Assembly (NCBI GenBank): GCA_002269645.1 | Contig: NIVC01002109.1 | Location: forward strand, 78,398 to 142,397 | From: Macrostomum lignano | Lineage: Eukaryota | Direction of reading: 5' to 3' | Length of the DNA stretch: 64,000 bases | Shown here: one piece after another, positions 31,366 to 42,339 of the stretch | How positions within the stretch are numbered: the stretch's first letter is position 1 | Layout of the letters: every line of letters begins with the position of its first letter | The notes under the pieces: generated by a model | Database searches by the model: none | Told to the model about the DNA's origin: nothing | Seen by the model: the letters and a program-made list of their open reading frames with translations, nothing else | Translations under genes and position numbers: made by a program

Positions 31366-32312
31366 ACACAACTTTGGCATCTAAATCGTCGATCTCATGC
31401 TGCAGACTCTACTTGCTACGAGTATGGTTTCAGCTTCCTCCTCCAATCCAAGCAGGTCCAAGCGCTGGTTTCAAGGGATCAAAATAGTTAATGAATGTGA
31501 TATGGGGTCCCAGCAGGCCTCATAAGCTTATAAGTTCTCTGGTCTTTTGCGGGTATCTAAAAAAAGACAAGTGGCTCCTATGCAGTTAGTACTTTGACGC
31601 TAGTATAAATTTTCAAAACAGCAACTTCAGGTATCATCAATCTGAATTCGAGGGATAAGAGTATCGATTGTAAGGTGCTCGAATTCGAGGTCTATCTGGA
31701 TTCATTGCACGGGAGTCCAGCATTGTGACATTGTTCAAATCTGCTGCCTTTACGTTGTCGGCTTGAGCCATTTACCGCAATTTTTTCCCAATAGAGCCGC
31801 TTAATGAGAAGAGTGGATTCTTTGGCTTGGTGTTGCATATCTTTAGTGAAGTCCTTGCGCTTAATAGCGTCCAACAATGGTAGAGGATGTTTGTGAGAGC
31901 CTGACACTGAGTTCACCAGGCCGTCTTTAACTTCAACTTCATGCTCAGCAGTTGCAGCCAGTCAGTTGACACTTGAAGTATAAAACGATTTCTGAAAATG
32001 TAGCTTTTTGTTCCTTCAGATAAATTCAGCCCTTTTATGTGGCCAGCATTGAGCCATTGCGCTTAAAAGAAGTAAAGAGAATTAGGACAGTATTGATTAT
32101 AGATTATACAGATTATACAATCAACCGGTCCTTTTTAAAAAGCAAAAAATCTATGCAATCAATTAAACTTGGATTGCTTAATAAACCAAACAATAGTTAT
32201 TGGAACAGTCATAAAGCCGACACTGTTATGTCGAATATATATGCTGTTATAAATGCCGCAATAAGAAGTATATAAATAAACAAGAGATCATTAAATGAAT
32301 GCTTTTCAGTCT

Positions 32313-35300
32313 ATGGCCGCCTCAACCAATCGTTGCCCAGTAAAAGGCTGCGACTCTCGCGGTCACGTGAATCCCTCAATTAGCCAGCACTGCACCCTGA
32401 CAGCCTGTCCGGCTTATAGAGACCGCACTGGTCAACCCTGCGAGCCAGATTTAAGCCGGGTACCGTTGGAGAATCGCCAATCTTTGCAGCTATTTCGCGA
32501 GGCTCAAAATGCTTTGGCTAGCGACGCTGAACAGGATATGCTGGCCCATTGGCGCATGCTGCCCTCCGAGTATCAGGTGGAACAGGTGGGTGGCGAAAGC
32601 TTTTTATCTACGAGCGTATGGATACTATTCAAGTCTATTCACATTGTTGATCTATGTGTAGATATCTATTATCTAGATTTGTCTAACCGTCTATCTACAG
32701 ATGTCTCTATCCATTCATCTCTGGATGTCTAAATATTTAGATATATCTTTAGATTCTAGATATCTAATATCTATAGACGTCTATATCCCTTCCCTTATCT
32801 AATATCTATAGTCATCTCTATGATTTCCTGTCTGATATCTATAGGCGTCTATGCCCCTTCCGTTATCCAATATCTATAGGCGTCTATATCCCTCATGTGA
32901 TATCTTTAGGCGTCTATATCCCTCATATGTGATATCTTTAGGCGTCTATATCCCTCATATGTAATATCTATAGGCCTCTATATCCCTTCCTTATCTCGCC
33001 TCTTTCTAAGCTCGTAGCATCGCTTCACTTAATATGTTCTTTAACCCTGTCTAATTGTCCTCTTTGTCCCAATACTTTACGTGTCAGAATAAACACAGAA
33101 ATTAGTTTAATGTCAACAGCCTCTAAGGAAGGGAAGGGATATAAGGAAGGGATATAGGCCTCTATATCCCTTCCTTATCTCGCCTCTTTCTAAGCTCGTA
33201 GCATCGCTTCACTTAATATGTTCTTTAACCCTGTCTAATTGTCCTCTTTGTCCCAATACTTTACGTGTCAGAATAAACACAGAAATTAGTTTAATGTCAA
33301 CAAAAAATCGCAGGTTGCCATTGGCAACGCTCTACTAGACGTCTGGTACAAATCCTGCCTGCCGGCCGATCTAGCCTGCGTACCAGTGCTGCACTATTGC
33401 GAATTCTGTCTGGCCTGCTTCACCCAGCGACTGTCCTTGACGAGGCATTCGAGAAAGTGCGCCTGCCGGCATCCGCCCGGTGTGGAGGTCTATCGGGAAG
33501 GTTAGCTTTTGTGAATACTTGATGTCTGATGCTTAGAGTGTGACGGTTCCAAATATTTGGGGTGGCCGCGGTGGTTCAGCAACTGGGGATCTGGTAGGCT
33601 GGCCCAGCAACTGAGAATCTGGGAGGCTGGCCCAGCAACTGAAGATCTGGGAGGCTGGCCCAGCAACTGAAGATCTGGGAGGCTGGTCCAGCAACTGAAG
33701 ATCTGGGAGGCTAGCCCACCAACTGAGGATCTGGGAGGCTGGCTCAGCAACTGAGGATCTGGGAGGCTGGCCCAGTAACTGAGGATCTGGGAGGCTGGCC
33801 CAGCAACTGAGGATCTGGGAGGCTGGCTCAGCAACTGAGGATCTGGGAGGCTGGCCCAGTAACTGAGGATCTGGGAGGCTAGCCCAGCAACTGAGGATCT
33901 GGGAGGCTGGCTCAGCAACTGAGGATCTGGGAGGTTGGCCCAGCAACTGAGGATCTGGGAGGCTGGCAGCCCAGCAACTGAGGATCTGGGAGGCTGGCTC
34001 AGCAACTGAGGATCTGGGAGGCTGGCCTAGCAACTTGAGGATCTGTAATTGTTCAAAGAAAGTGAAACTAGAAATCCGAGTAGATTTGATGAGCCAAAAA
34101 ATAGGTTTGTATTGGTGGAATTGGTGAAGCCAAATATGAAAAAAAACTTTTGTTTCTGTGCTCAAGTTTGACTCTGACTCCAACTGCAATCATTTTTACA
34201 CCGTTTCTTTCTTGCACTGCTGCTGCCCACGCAGGCCAGGTGTCGCTGTTCGAAGTGGACGGCCGGCATTTCCGGGCCTACTGTCAGAGTCTCTGCCGGC
34301 TGGCGAAATTCTTCATTCGTCACAAAACTCTTGTTGAAGGTGTCGAAGCTTTTGTGTTCTACGTGCTGACAGAGGCTGACCAGACTGGGTGTCGCCTGAT
34401 TGGCTACTTCTCTAAGGAGAAGAGATCACTGCTTAATTACAATCTGTCCTGTCTGCTGGTGAGATTCTGCTTGATTTTGTAGTTTGCTTTTCTATTGGCC
34501 TTTGTGAGATTGCTCTAGTCTAGGTTGAGATTCTGAAATCTCTATTATCAAGGGTGAGATTCTGAAATTTCTATTATCTAGGGTGAGATTCTGAACTCTA
34601 ATATTTAGAGTAAGATTCTGAACTCTAATATCTAGGGTTAGATTCTGAAATCTCTATTATCTATGGTGAGATTCTGAAATCTCTATTATCTAGGGTGAGG
34701 TTTCTGAAATCTCTATTATCTAGGCTGAGATTCTGAAATCTCTATAATCAAGGCTGAGATGCTGAAATCTCTATTATCAAGGGTGAGATTCTGAAATCTA
34801 TATTATCTAGAGTGGGATTCTGAAATGTCTATTATCTAGGCTGAGATTCTGAAATCTCTATAATCTAGGGTGAGATTTTGAAATCTCTATTATCTAGGGT
34901 GAGATTCTGAAGTCTCTATAATCTAGGGTGAGATTTTGAAATCTCTATTATCTAGGATGAGATTCTGAAGTCTCTATTATCTAGGGTGAGATTCTTAAAT
35001 CTAACGTAACGTTCCTAAAATACAGTAAGAATTCTCTGAATCCCGATTGAGTTAGTGGAATTGCATTTCCAGGTATTCCCAAACCACATGCGCAAGGGCT
35101 TCGGCTTCCTACTGATCGACCTCAGCTACCGCATCAGCCAGCTGGAGGGCAGCGTCGGGTCGCCCGAGCGGCCGCTATCAGACGCCGGCCTGGCCGCCTA
35201 TCGCAAGTACTGGACTCGAGCCCTGCTCACCAGACTGCTAGAGCATCAGGGCACCGATATTAGCGTTCGCGATCTCAGCCAGGAGACCGGCATTCACGCT

Positions 35301-35489
35301 AACGATATCGTGAGCACGCTGCAGTCTCTCGAACTATTAAAGTACTGGCGCGGCGAGCACTTTATACTGGCTGATAAAAACCGGCTGAGACAGAAGCTGT
35401 CCGCCTGTCTGTCCACCTACATGAGGCTGGCCGACCCAGCCTGTCTGAGCTGGCGGCCGGCTGACTATCTGACTGGCGGGACAGCCTGA
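32313..35489 (+). CDS. KAT7: MYST histone acetyltransferase, KAT7/HBO1(chameau)-like; exons 32313-32585 (alternative donor after 32576), 33314-33500, 34235-34458, 35073-35489
   Basis: N-terminal CPxxGCDSxGH...H...CP (C2HC finger as in HBO1), LFREAQ, YCEFCL...[27 protein letters not shown] and GSPERPLSD. Splice phases are consistent, giving about 366 aa. Confidence 0.85.
33575..34045 (+). repeat. 28-bp minisatellite (ggcccagcaactgaggatctgggaggct) in KAT7 intron 2
   Basis: Direct reading; its reverse complement array lies at 42735-43130. Confidence 0.95.
34505..35000 (+). repeat. 29-bp minisatellite (gggtgagattctgaaatctctattatcta) in KAT7 intron 3
   Basis: Direct reading. Confidence 0.95.
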
Positions 35490-35514
35490 GCTGCCGTCTG
35501 CTCGTTTGGGACTG

Positions 35515-35877
35515 TGTGAGTGTCTGCGTCTGTCTGTGTGTGTCTGTTTGTGTCTGCGTCTGTCTGTGTGTGTCTGTTTGTGTCTGCGTGTGTCTGCGTC
35601 TGTCTGTGTGTGTCTGTCTGTGTGTCTGTCTGTGTGTGTCTGTGTCTGTGTCTGTCTGTGTGTGTCTGTCTGTGTGTGTCTGTCTGTCTGTGTGTCTGCC
35701 TGTGTGTCTGTCTGTGTGTGTGTGTCTGTGTCTGTCTGTGTGTGTCTGTGTCTGTCTGTGTCTATCTCTGTCTGTCTGTGTCTGTGTCTGTCCGTATGTC
35801 TGTCTGTCTGTCTGTCTATCTCTGTGTCTGTCTGTCTGTCTGTCTGTCTCTGTCTGTGTCTGTCTGTCTATCTCTGT

Positions 35878-35911
<34 letters not shown>

Positions 35912-35990
35912 CTGTGTCTGTCTGTCTGTTTGTCTGTCCATCAATGTCTTTGTGTCTGTTGTATTTATCCGTCTGTCTGCCTTTTTGTCT
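35515..35990. repeat. (TG/TCTG)n low-complexity tract after the KAT7 stop
   Basis: Direct reading. Confidence 0.95.
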
Positions 35991-36494
35991 TATTGACTGT
36001 CTTGTAATATCTTGTCGTTCTATTTATATCTGTAGGCTAACGTAACTGTTTATATTTAGCTACTTTAAATTTCTGTTAATATTGTGTTAGTGCGTTGTCT
36101 CAAAATCATGCTAAACTAAGTTCTGGTATCTTCTAATTTCTCATGTTTTTGTCAATTGTATGCACTGTACAAAAAGTAAAAAACAAATCGACATCAAACA
36201 TCAAAAACAAAATATTGATTGGCATTTCAGCTTCCTGTCCGATTTAGCTTTGTAAACATGAAAATTTACATGTTAAACTAGTCTCTTTCTGTGTGCTTAT
36301 TTTCATATATCTGGAAAACTAGGTTTGTTAATAGATAGATTTGATGAATTAGCATAGTCACATATAGTGATGAGGTGATTTTACTATGCCATACTGACAA
36401 TCTAGACTAGACTAGCTTTCCATACTATACACAGACTAGTACTAAATAACTATATGTAGACTAGCAATCCATGCCATTCATAGACTAGTTAATT

Positions 36495-36792
36495 AATAAT
36501 TGATTACACCTGTCCTAATGGCCAGATGTGCAACCGACAGCTCAGCCGCAGCTATTGCGTGGCGCATCTGAAGGCTGCGTACGGCTGTTCAGTCCAAGCA
36601 CTGGGGGGTCGCCACACACACCCTCAATTACCCCAGCTAATGCTGGCACCCATTTTACAGCTGGGTAAACTGAAGCAATGCAGAGTTAAGTGTCTTGCTC
36701 AAGGACACAAAGCGTTGTGCGTGGGTGGAGAATCGAACCCCAGACCTTTCAGTCGTGAGTTTGACGCTCTAACCACTAGGCTGCAGGCCCCC
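36495..36792 (-). mobile_element. tRNA-derived CORE-SINE (MIR-like)
   Basis: On the minus strand, A box TAGTGGTTAG and B box GGTTCGATTC, then tgtgtccttgagcaagacacttaac...cagtttacccagctgtaaaatggg, which resembles the MIR/CORE domain consensus as recalled. Confidence 0.8.
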
Positions 36793-36799
36793 TACAACC

Positions 36800-37517
36800 C
36801 CCATAGACTAGCAATCCATACTATTCATAGACTAGCAATCCATACTATTCATAGACTAGCAATCCATACTATTCATAGACTAGCAATCCATACTATTCAT
36901 AGACTAGCAATCCATACTATTCATAGACTAGCAATCCATACTATTCATAGACTAGCAATCCATACTATTCATAGACTAGCAATCCATACTATTCATAGAC
37001 TAGCAATCCATACTATTCATAGACTAGCAATCCATACTATTCATAGACTAGCAATCCATACTATTCATAGACTAGCAATCCATACTATTCATAGACTAGC
37101 AATCCAATTCATAGACTAGCAATCCATACTATTCATAGACTAGCAATCCATACTATTCATAGACTAGCAATCCAATTCATAGACTAGCAATCCATACTAT
37201 TCATAGACTAGCAATCCATACTATTCATAGACTAGCAATCCAATTCATAGACTAGTAATCCAATTCATAAACTAGCAATCCAATTCATAGACTATCAATC
37301 CATACTATTCATAGACTAGCAATCCATACTATTCATAGACTATCAATCCATACTATTCATAGAGTAGCAATCCAGTTCATAGACTAGCAATCCAATTCAT
37401 AGACTAGCAATCCAATTCATAGACTAGCAATCCAATTCATAGACTAGCAATCCAGTTCATAAACTAGCAATCCAATTCATAGACTAGCAATCCAATTCAT
37501 AGACTAGCAATCCAATT
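36800..37517. repeat. 24-bp and 18-bp minisatellite (tagactagcaatccatactattca)
   Basis: Direct reading; between KAT7 and SDHAF3. Confidence 0.95.
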
Positions 37518-37586
37518 AATTAAGTAGCAATATTTTCTATGAATTCAGCAATCCTTGAAACCAGCTATCATTTCCCCCATCCCCAG

Positions 37587-37997
37587 TTCGGTCCAAGTCA
37601 CACCAGTCGGGTTCGTCAGCTGTACAAGCTGATTTTACGCCTGCATCGCTCGTTGCCAGGCGATCTCCGTTCCCTTGGCGACCATTACGCTCGGGCGGAG
37701 TTTCGTCGGCATTTGAATTGCACCGAGCCGCAGGCTGCCGAGTTCATGCTGCAGTGGGCGGATTACGCCTCCGTGCTTAGCAGGCAGATTAGCGACAGTT
37801 TAAAAGAAGCCGACAGATCTCTAATTGGTTCCTCTGCTAATCTTCAGTCTCCCATAGCAACCGTTGCTAATGAAAATTCTACGAGTTCGTATGGCGTCTG
37901 TTTAAATCGACAACAATTGGATCATCTGGCCGACCATCAATTGGCTCAATTGTTTGAATTGTACAAGCATACTACTAATAGTACTAGTACTCACTGA
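37587..37997 (+). CDS. SDHAF3: Succinate dehydrogenase assembly factor 3 (ACN9, LYR family); the ORF is open from ATG 37539 but homology starts at the acceptor 37586
   Basis: SHTSRVRQLYKLILRLHRSLPGDLRSLGDHYARAEFRRH matches the SDHAF3 N-terminus ([38 protein letters not shown]). Confidence 0.9.
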   Translation, partial: FGPSHTSRVRQLYKLILRLHRSLPGDLRSLGDHYARAEFRRHLNCTEPQAAEFMLQWADYASVLSRQISDSLKEADRSLIGSSANLQSPIATVANENSTSSYGVCLNRQQLDHLADHQLAQLFELYKHTTNSTSTH

Positions 37998-38129
37998 TTG
38001 CGATGTTTTTTTCAGTGTCACAACTTGTTACATTAATTTTTTAGTTTGCATAATAATTTACTGGTTGCGACTCTTATTGTGTTGAGCATAGGAAACTAGA
38101 CAAATGTCGATTGCAGTCCCGGCAATCTT

Positions 38130-39080
38130 CACCCTCCTAAAGTTTTAATTCTGGAAATCTCACCCTCCTAAAGTTATAATTCTGGAAATCTCACCCTCCT
38201 AAAGTTATAATTCTGGAAATCTCACCCTCCTATAGTTATAATTCTGGAAATCTCACCCTCCTAAAGTTATAATTCTGGAAATCTCACCCTCCTAAAGTTA
38301 TAATTCTGGAAATCTCACCCTCCTAAAGTTATAATTCTGGAAATCTCAGCCCCTCTTAGATTTATGATTCTGGAAATCTCACCCTCCTATATTTATGATT
38401 CCGGAAATCTCAGCCCCTCTTAGATTTATGATTCTGGAAATCTCACCCTCCTAGATTTATGATTCCGGAATTTCACCCTCTCACATTGACGATTCCAGAA
38501 ATCTCACCCTTTTAGATTTATGATTCCAGAAATCTCACCCCTCTAGATTTCTGATTCCGCAAATCTCACCCTTCTAGATTTACGATTCCGGAAATCTCAC
38601 CCTTTTAGATTTATGACTCCGCAAATTTCACCCTCCTAGATTTATGATTCCGGAAATCTCACCCTCCTAGATTTATGATTCCGGAAATCTCACCCTCCTA
38701 GATTTATGGAAATCTCACCCTTCTAAATTTATGATTCCGGAAATCTCACCCTTCTAGATTTATGATTCCGGAAATCTCACCCTTCTAGATTTATGGAAAT
38801 CTCACCCTTCTAAATTTATGATTCCGGAAATCTCACCCTTCTAGATTTATGATTCCGGAAATCTCACCCTTCTAGATTTATGATTCCGGAAATCTCACCC
38901 TTCTAGATTTATGATTCCGGAAATCTCACCCTTCTAGATTTATGATTCTGGAAATCTCACCCTTCTAGATTTATGATTCCGGAAATCTCACCCTTCTAGA
39001 TTTATGATTCCGGAAATCCAATTCTTTGTAGATTTATGATTCTGGAAATCTCACCCTTCTAGATTTTTATTCCGGAAATC
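38130..39080. repeat. 31-bp minisatellite (gaaatctcacccttctagatttatgattccg)
   Basis: Direct reading; between SDHAF3 and ELP5. Confidence 0.95.
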
Positions 39081-39874
39081 TCCTACTACATCTAAGTCAC
39101 AAAATTACATGTTTCGCTTTCGTTGTTTAACGTCTCTTTCGATTTGCGGAGATAAATTCAAAGAGTCGCAGGTGGAGGTTTTGATTTCGATTTTTCGTTG
39201 CTAATATTCTTTATTTTAAACTTTTAAACTTATTATCTTTCGTTTAATATTGATGTAAAACTTTAGCAGTAGAAGCATTAGTTACTACTGGTAGTGGTGT
39301 GTTATTTTTACACATTACCGTATAAATTACACTTTATCGCATGTTGCTGTGTTTGATGAAGTGAAAGGATCAGTCCATGGTAGATCTAACTAAAATCTAT
39401 TTCGGTAACAACTATGGAACACTTTTTAAGCTTGAATCAATTATTATTAATGAATAATTTGTGATGTATAATTAAACTGCCTGCATACCCTTATTTACCT
39501 TTTGTAGGTCTTTTACTATAAATGGAAATAGAAATTCTGTTTTTTCACTGTGCGGTTTTTAAAAAATTAACAGCAGAAAATTGTGTAAAAATTTCTGTTG
39601 GCCTTATTAACGAATAAAAATATCCTAACATTTGCGACACTAGCTATTCTTTTAGAGGCACAAATCCAAATGGTTAAATTCGTCATATGTAAGTTATATA
39701 AGCTCAATTTGTTGTAAAGAAAACCAATTATAAATCTTATAAATTGATCCATTGCTCAACAATTAACATTATTAAACGTGTTTCTGCGATTTTTTTCATA
39801 GACTTCTATATTAAAATGCGTTTTGTAATTACTTATTGGTTTTGTTCTAAAAATAGTTTTCTGTTTGCTTGCTA

Positions 39875-40770
39875 CAAGCACCCACCACCCCACATAGATA
39901 GGCCATAGATATCCCCAACACCAAACACAGAACACCCACCACCCCACATAGATAAGCCATAGATATCCCCCAACCCCAAAACAACACCCACCACCCCACA
40001 TAGATAAGCCATAGATGGCCCCCGACCCCAAACGCAGAACACCCACCACCCCACATAGATAAGTCATAGATGGTCCCCGACCCCAAAACAACACCCACCA
40101 CCCCACATAGATAAGCCATAGATGGCCCCCGACCCCAAACGCAGAACACCCACCACCCCACATAGATAAGCCATAGATGGCCCCCGACCCCAAACGCAGA
40201 ACACCCACCACCCCACATAGATAAGTCATAGATGGTCCCCGACCCCAAAACAACACCCACCACCCCACATAGATAAGTCATAGATGGTGTCCGACCCAAA
40301 AAAAACACCCACCACCCACATAGATAAGCCATAGATGGCCCCCGACCCCAAACGCAGAACACCCACCACCCCACATAGATAAGTCATAGATATCCCCAAC
40401 ACCAAACACAGAACACTCACCACGCCACATAGATAAGCCATAGATGGCCCCGACCCCAAAACGCAGAACACCCACCACCCCACATAGATAAGTCATAGAT
40501 GGTCCCCGACCCCAAAACAACACCCACCACCCCACATAGATAAGTCATAGATGGTGTCCGACCCAAAAAAAACACCCACCACCCACATAGATAAGCCATA
40601 GATGGCCCCCGACCCCAAACGCAGAACACCCACCACCCCACATAGATAAGTCATAGATATCCCCAACACCAAACACAGAACACTCACCACGCCACATAGA
40701 TAAGCCATAGATGGCCCCCGACCCCAAACGCAGAACACCCACCACCTAACATAGATAAATCATAGATGAC
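39875..40770. repeat. ~55-bp minisatellite (cacccaccaccccacatagataagccatagatggcccccgaccccaaacgcagaa)
   Basis: Direct reading. Confidence 0.95.
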
Positions 40771-40894
40771 TTCAACTCCAAGCGCAAAACACCCTCCACC
40801 CCAAAAAGCTTAAGTCATAAATCTTGTGTCTGAGCTAAAATGCCAGATTATTTAACCCATAATATTTTCAAAGTCGGATTGTCTTCAATAATTT

Positions 40895-41869
40895 ATGCCT
40901 CAGGTAGTATTATCTGACAAGTCGGAAGCGCTGCTGGCGGCAGCTCTTAGGGAGCCGGGCATCGTGACCTGTTTTGCCCAATCTCATGGCCGCTTAGAAT
41001 GCCTAGCAGCTGCCCTATCCTCCCTAGCAACCGCTTCAGCGTCCTTAGCAACCGTCTCGCCGTCCAAGCGTCAAACATTGGCATTGCATCTCGGCATTGA
41101 TTCGCGCCTATCAGTTGCTATGCACTGCTCTGAGGAGCTTCAACTCATCAACTGTCTGGAGGCGGATCTGTCCAAGACTCGAACTCGCGTTCTTCGCGAA
41201 TCTTTAGCCGCCAGTCGTCAAGGTGGTTTCGTAGTCCTATATCCGATTGGTCCCCTGCTGCAGATTCTTCAAGTTGAACAGCTTATTCAATTAGCAACGC
41301 TATTGGTTGCTAAGCAATCTTGTACGGTTGCTATGGTCATTGATCAAAGCTCGATTTCCGATTCAGATGCCGATTTGTTGCTAAGCTCAGCTGCTACTGT
41401 CGTACACGCAGATAATAGTCAACAGCTAACAGACAAAGCCGGTTGCGGTGGCTTCCAATTAGAAGTTGAGCGCCGTCTCTTGAGCGGAAAAATGCCAACG
41501 GAACGATTGCGGTTGCTATGCAACGCTGGGCGCTATAATTTACCGGCTAGGCTGTTTCTGCGCAGAGATGAAGTCGCTGAAGTCGCCGAAGCAACAGCAG
41601 GGGAGGAGGATAAAGAGAAATCTTTGAGCACTTCCGCTTCCGGTCAATCGGGAGCTGCTGCCATGGACTCATTGACTTCATTCCGGCTAGGCCTAACTAC
41701 GCAGGAAGTTAAAGAACGCGCCGATGTTGTGCTGCCTCATCATCGGCCAATTGAATCTTCTACTCATGCTACTAATAATAGAAGAGAAGGAGGAGGCCGC
41801 ATAGATTACTGCCCGCAGCCTGAGGACGACTGGGATGACGAGGATCCCGATGACGATTTGGGAATCTGA
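40895..41869 (+). CDS. ELP5: Elongator complex protein 5, single exon, 324 aa
   Basis: C-terminal SFRLGLTTQEVKERADVVLPH and IDYCPQPEDDWDDEDPDDDLGI match the ELP5 signature ending in DPDDDL(D/G)I. Confidence 0.85.
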   Translation: MPQVVLSDKSEALLAAALREPGIVTCFAQSHGRLECLAAALSSLATASASLATVSPSKRQTLALHLGIDSRLSVAMHCSEELQLINCLEADLSKTRTRVLRESLAASRQGGFVVLYPIGPLLQILQVEQLIQLATLLVAKQSCTVAMVIDQSSISDSDADLLLSSAATVVHADNSQQLTDKAGCGGFQLEVERRLLSGKMPTERLRLLCNAGRYNLPARLFLRRDEVAEVAEATAGEEDKEKSLSTSASGQSGAAAMDSLTSFRLGLTTQEVKERADVVLPHHRPIESSTHATNNRREGGGRIDYCPQPEDDWDDEDPDDDLGI

Positions 41870-42339
41870 CAAGTTTTTTAACTGCATTGGCTTTGCTTTT
41901 GCTTTGATCTGACCTGTGTAAAGTAATCAAATATACTACTGGCATTGTAAGATTACAATTAGAAAATATACTTCCCACTGCATTCTTTATTGCCGTTTGG
42001 ACTTCCTATTTATCTTTGAATAATTCCATGTTGATTTAAGCTTAATATCTATTTAAATAATTCCCATCTGAGCTTCTCATTCAGCTGATAAATAATTCCC
42101 TTCTGAGCTTCTCATTCATCTGATGAATAATTTCCATCTGAGCTTCTCATTCATCTGATGAATAATTCCCATCTGAGCTTCTTAGTCTTAGAAATAATTC
42201 CCCTATAAGCAGCGGTATAATTTGATTTGCCAACCTATCAACTTATTTTAAAAATTAACGACTAAAAACGATTTCAGGTTAATATAAAAATCTTGCATTA
42301 TAATTGATTCACTTTTCACTGCTGGCCCGAAATGCCCGC

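Noticed and set aside
31692-31916. Short minus-strand ORF upstream of KAT7
   Set aside because: It has no recognisable domain or splice context, and is probably decayed repeat sequence.
35506-36045. Cys/Val/Leu-rich ORFs
   Set aside because: They are translations of the (TG/TC)n tract.
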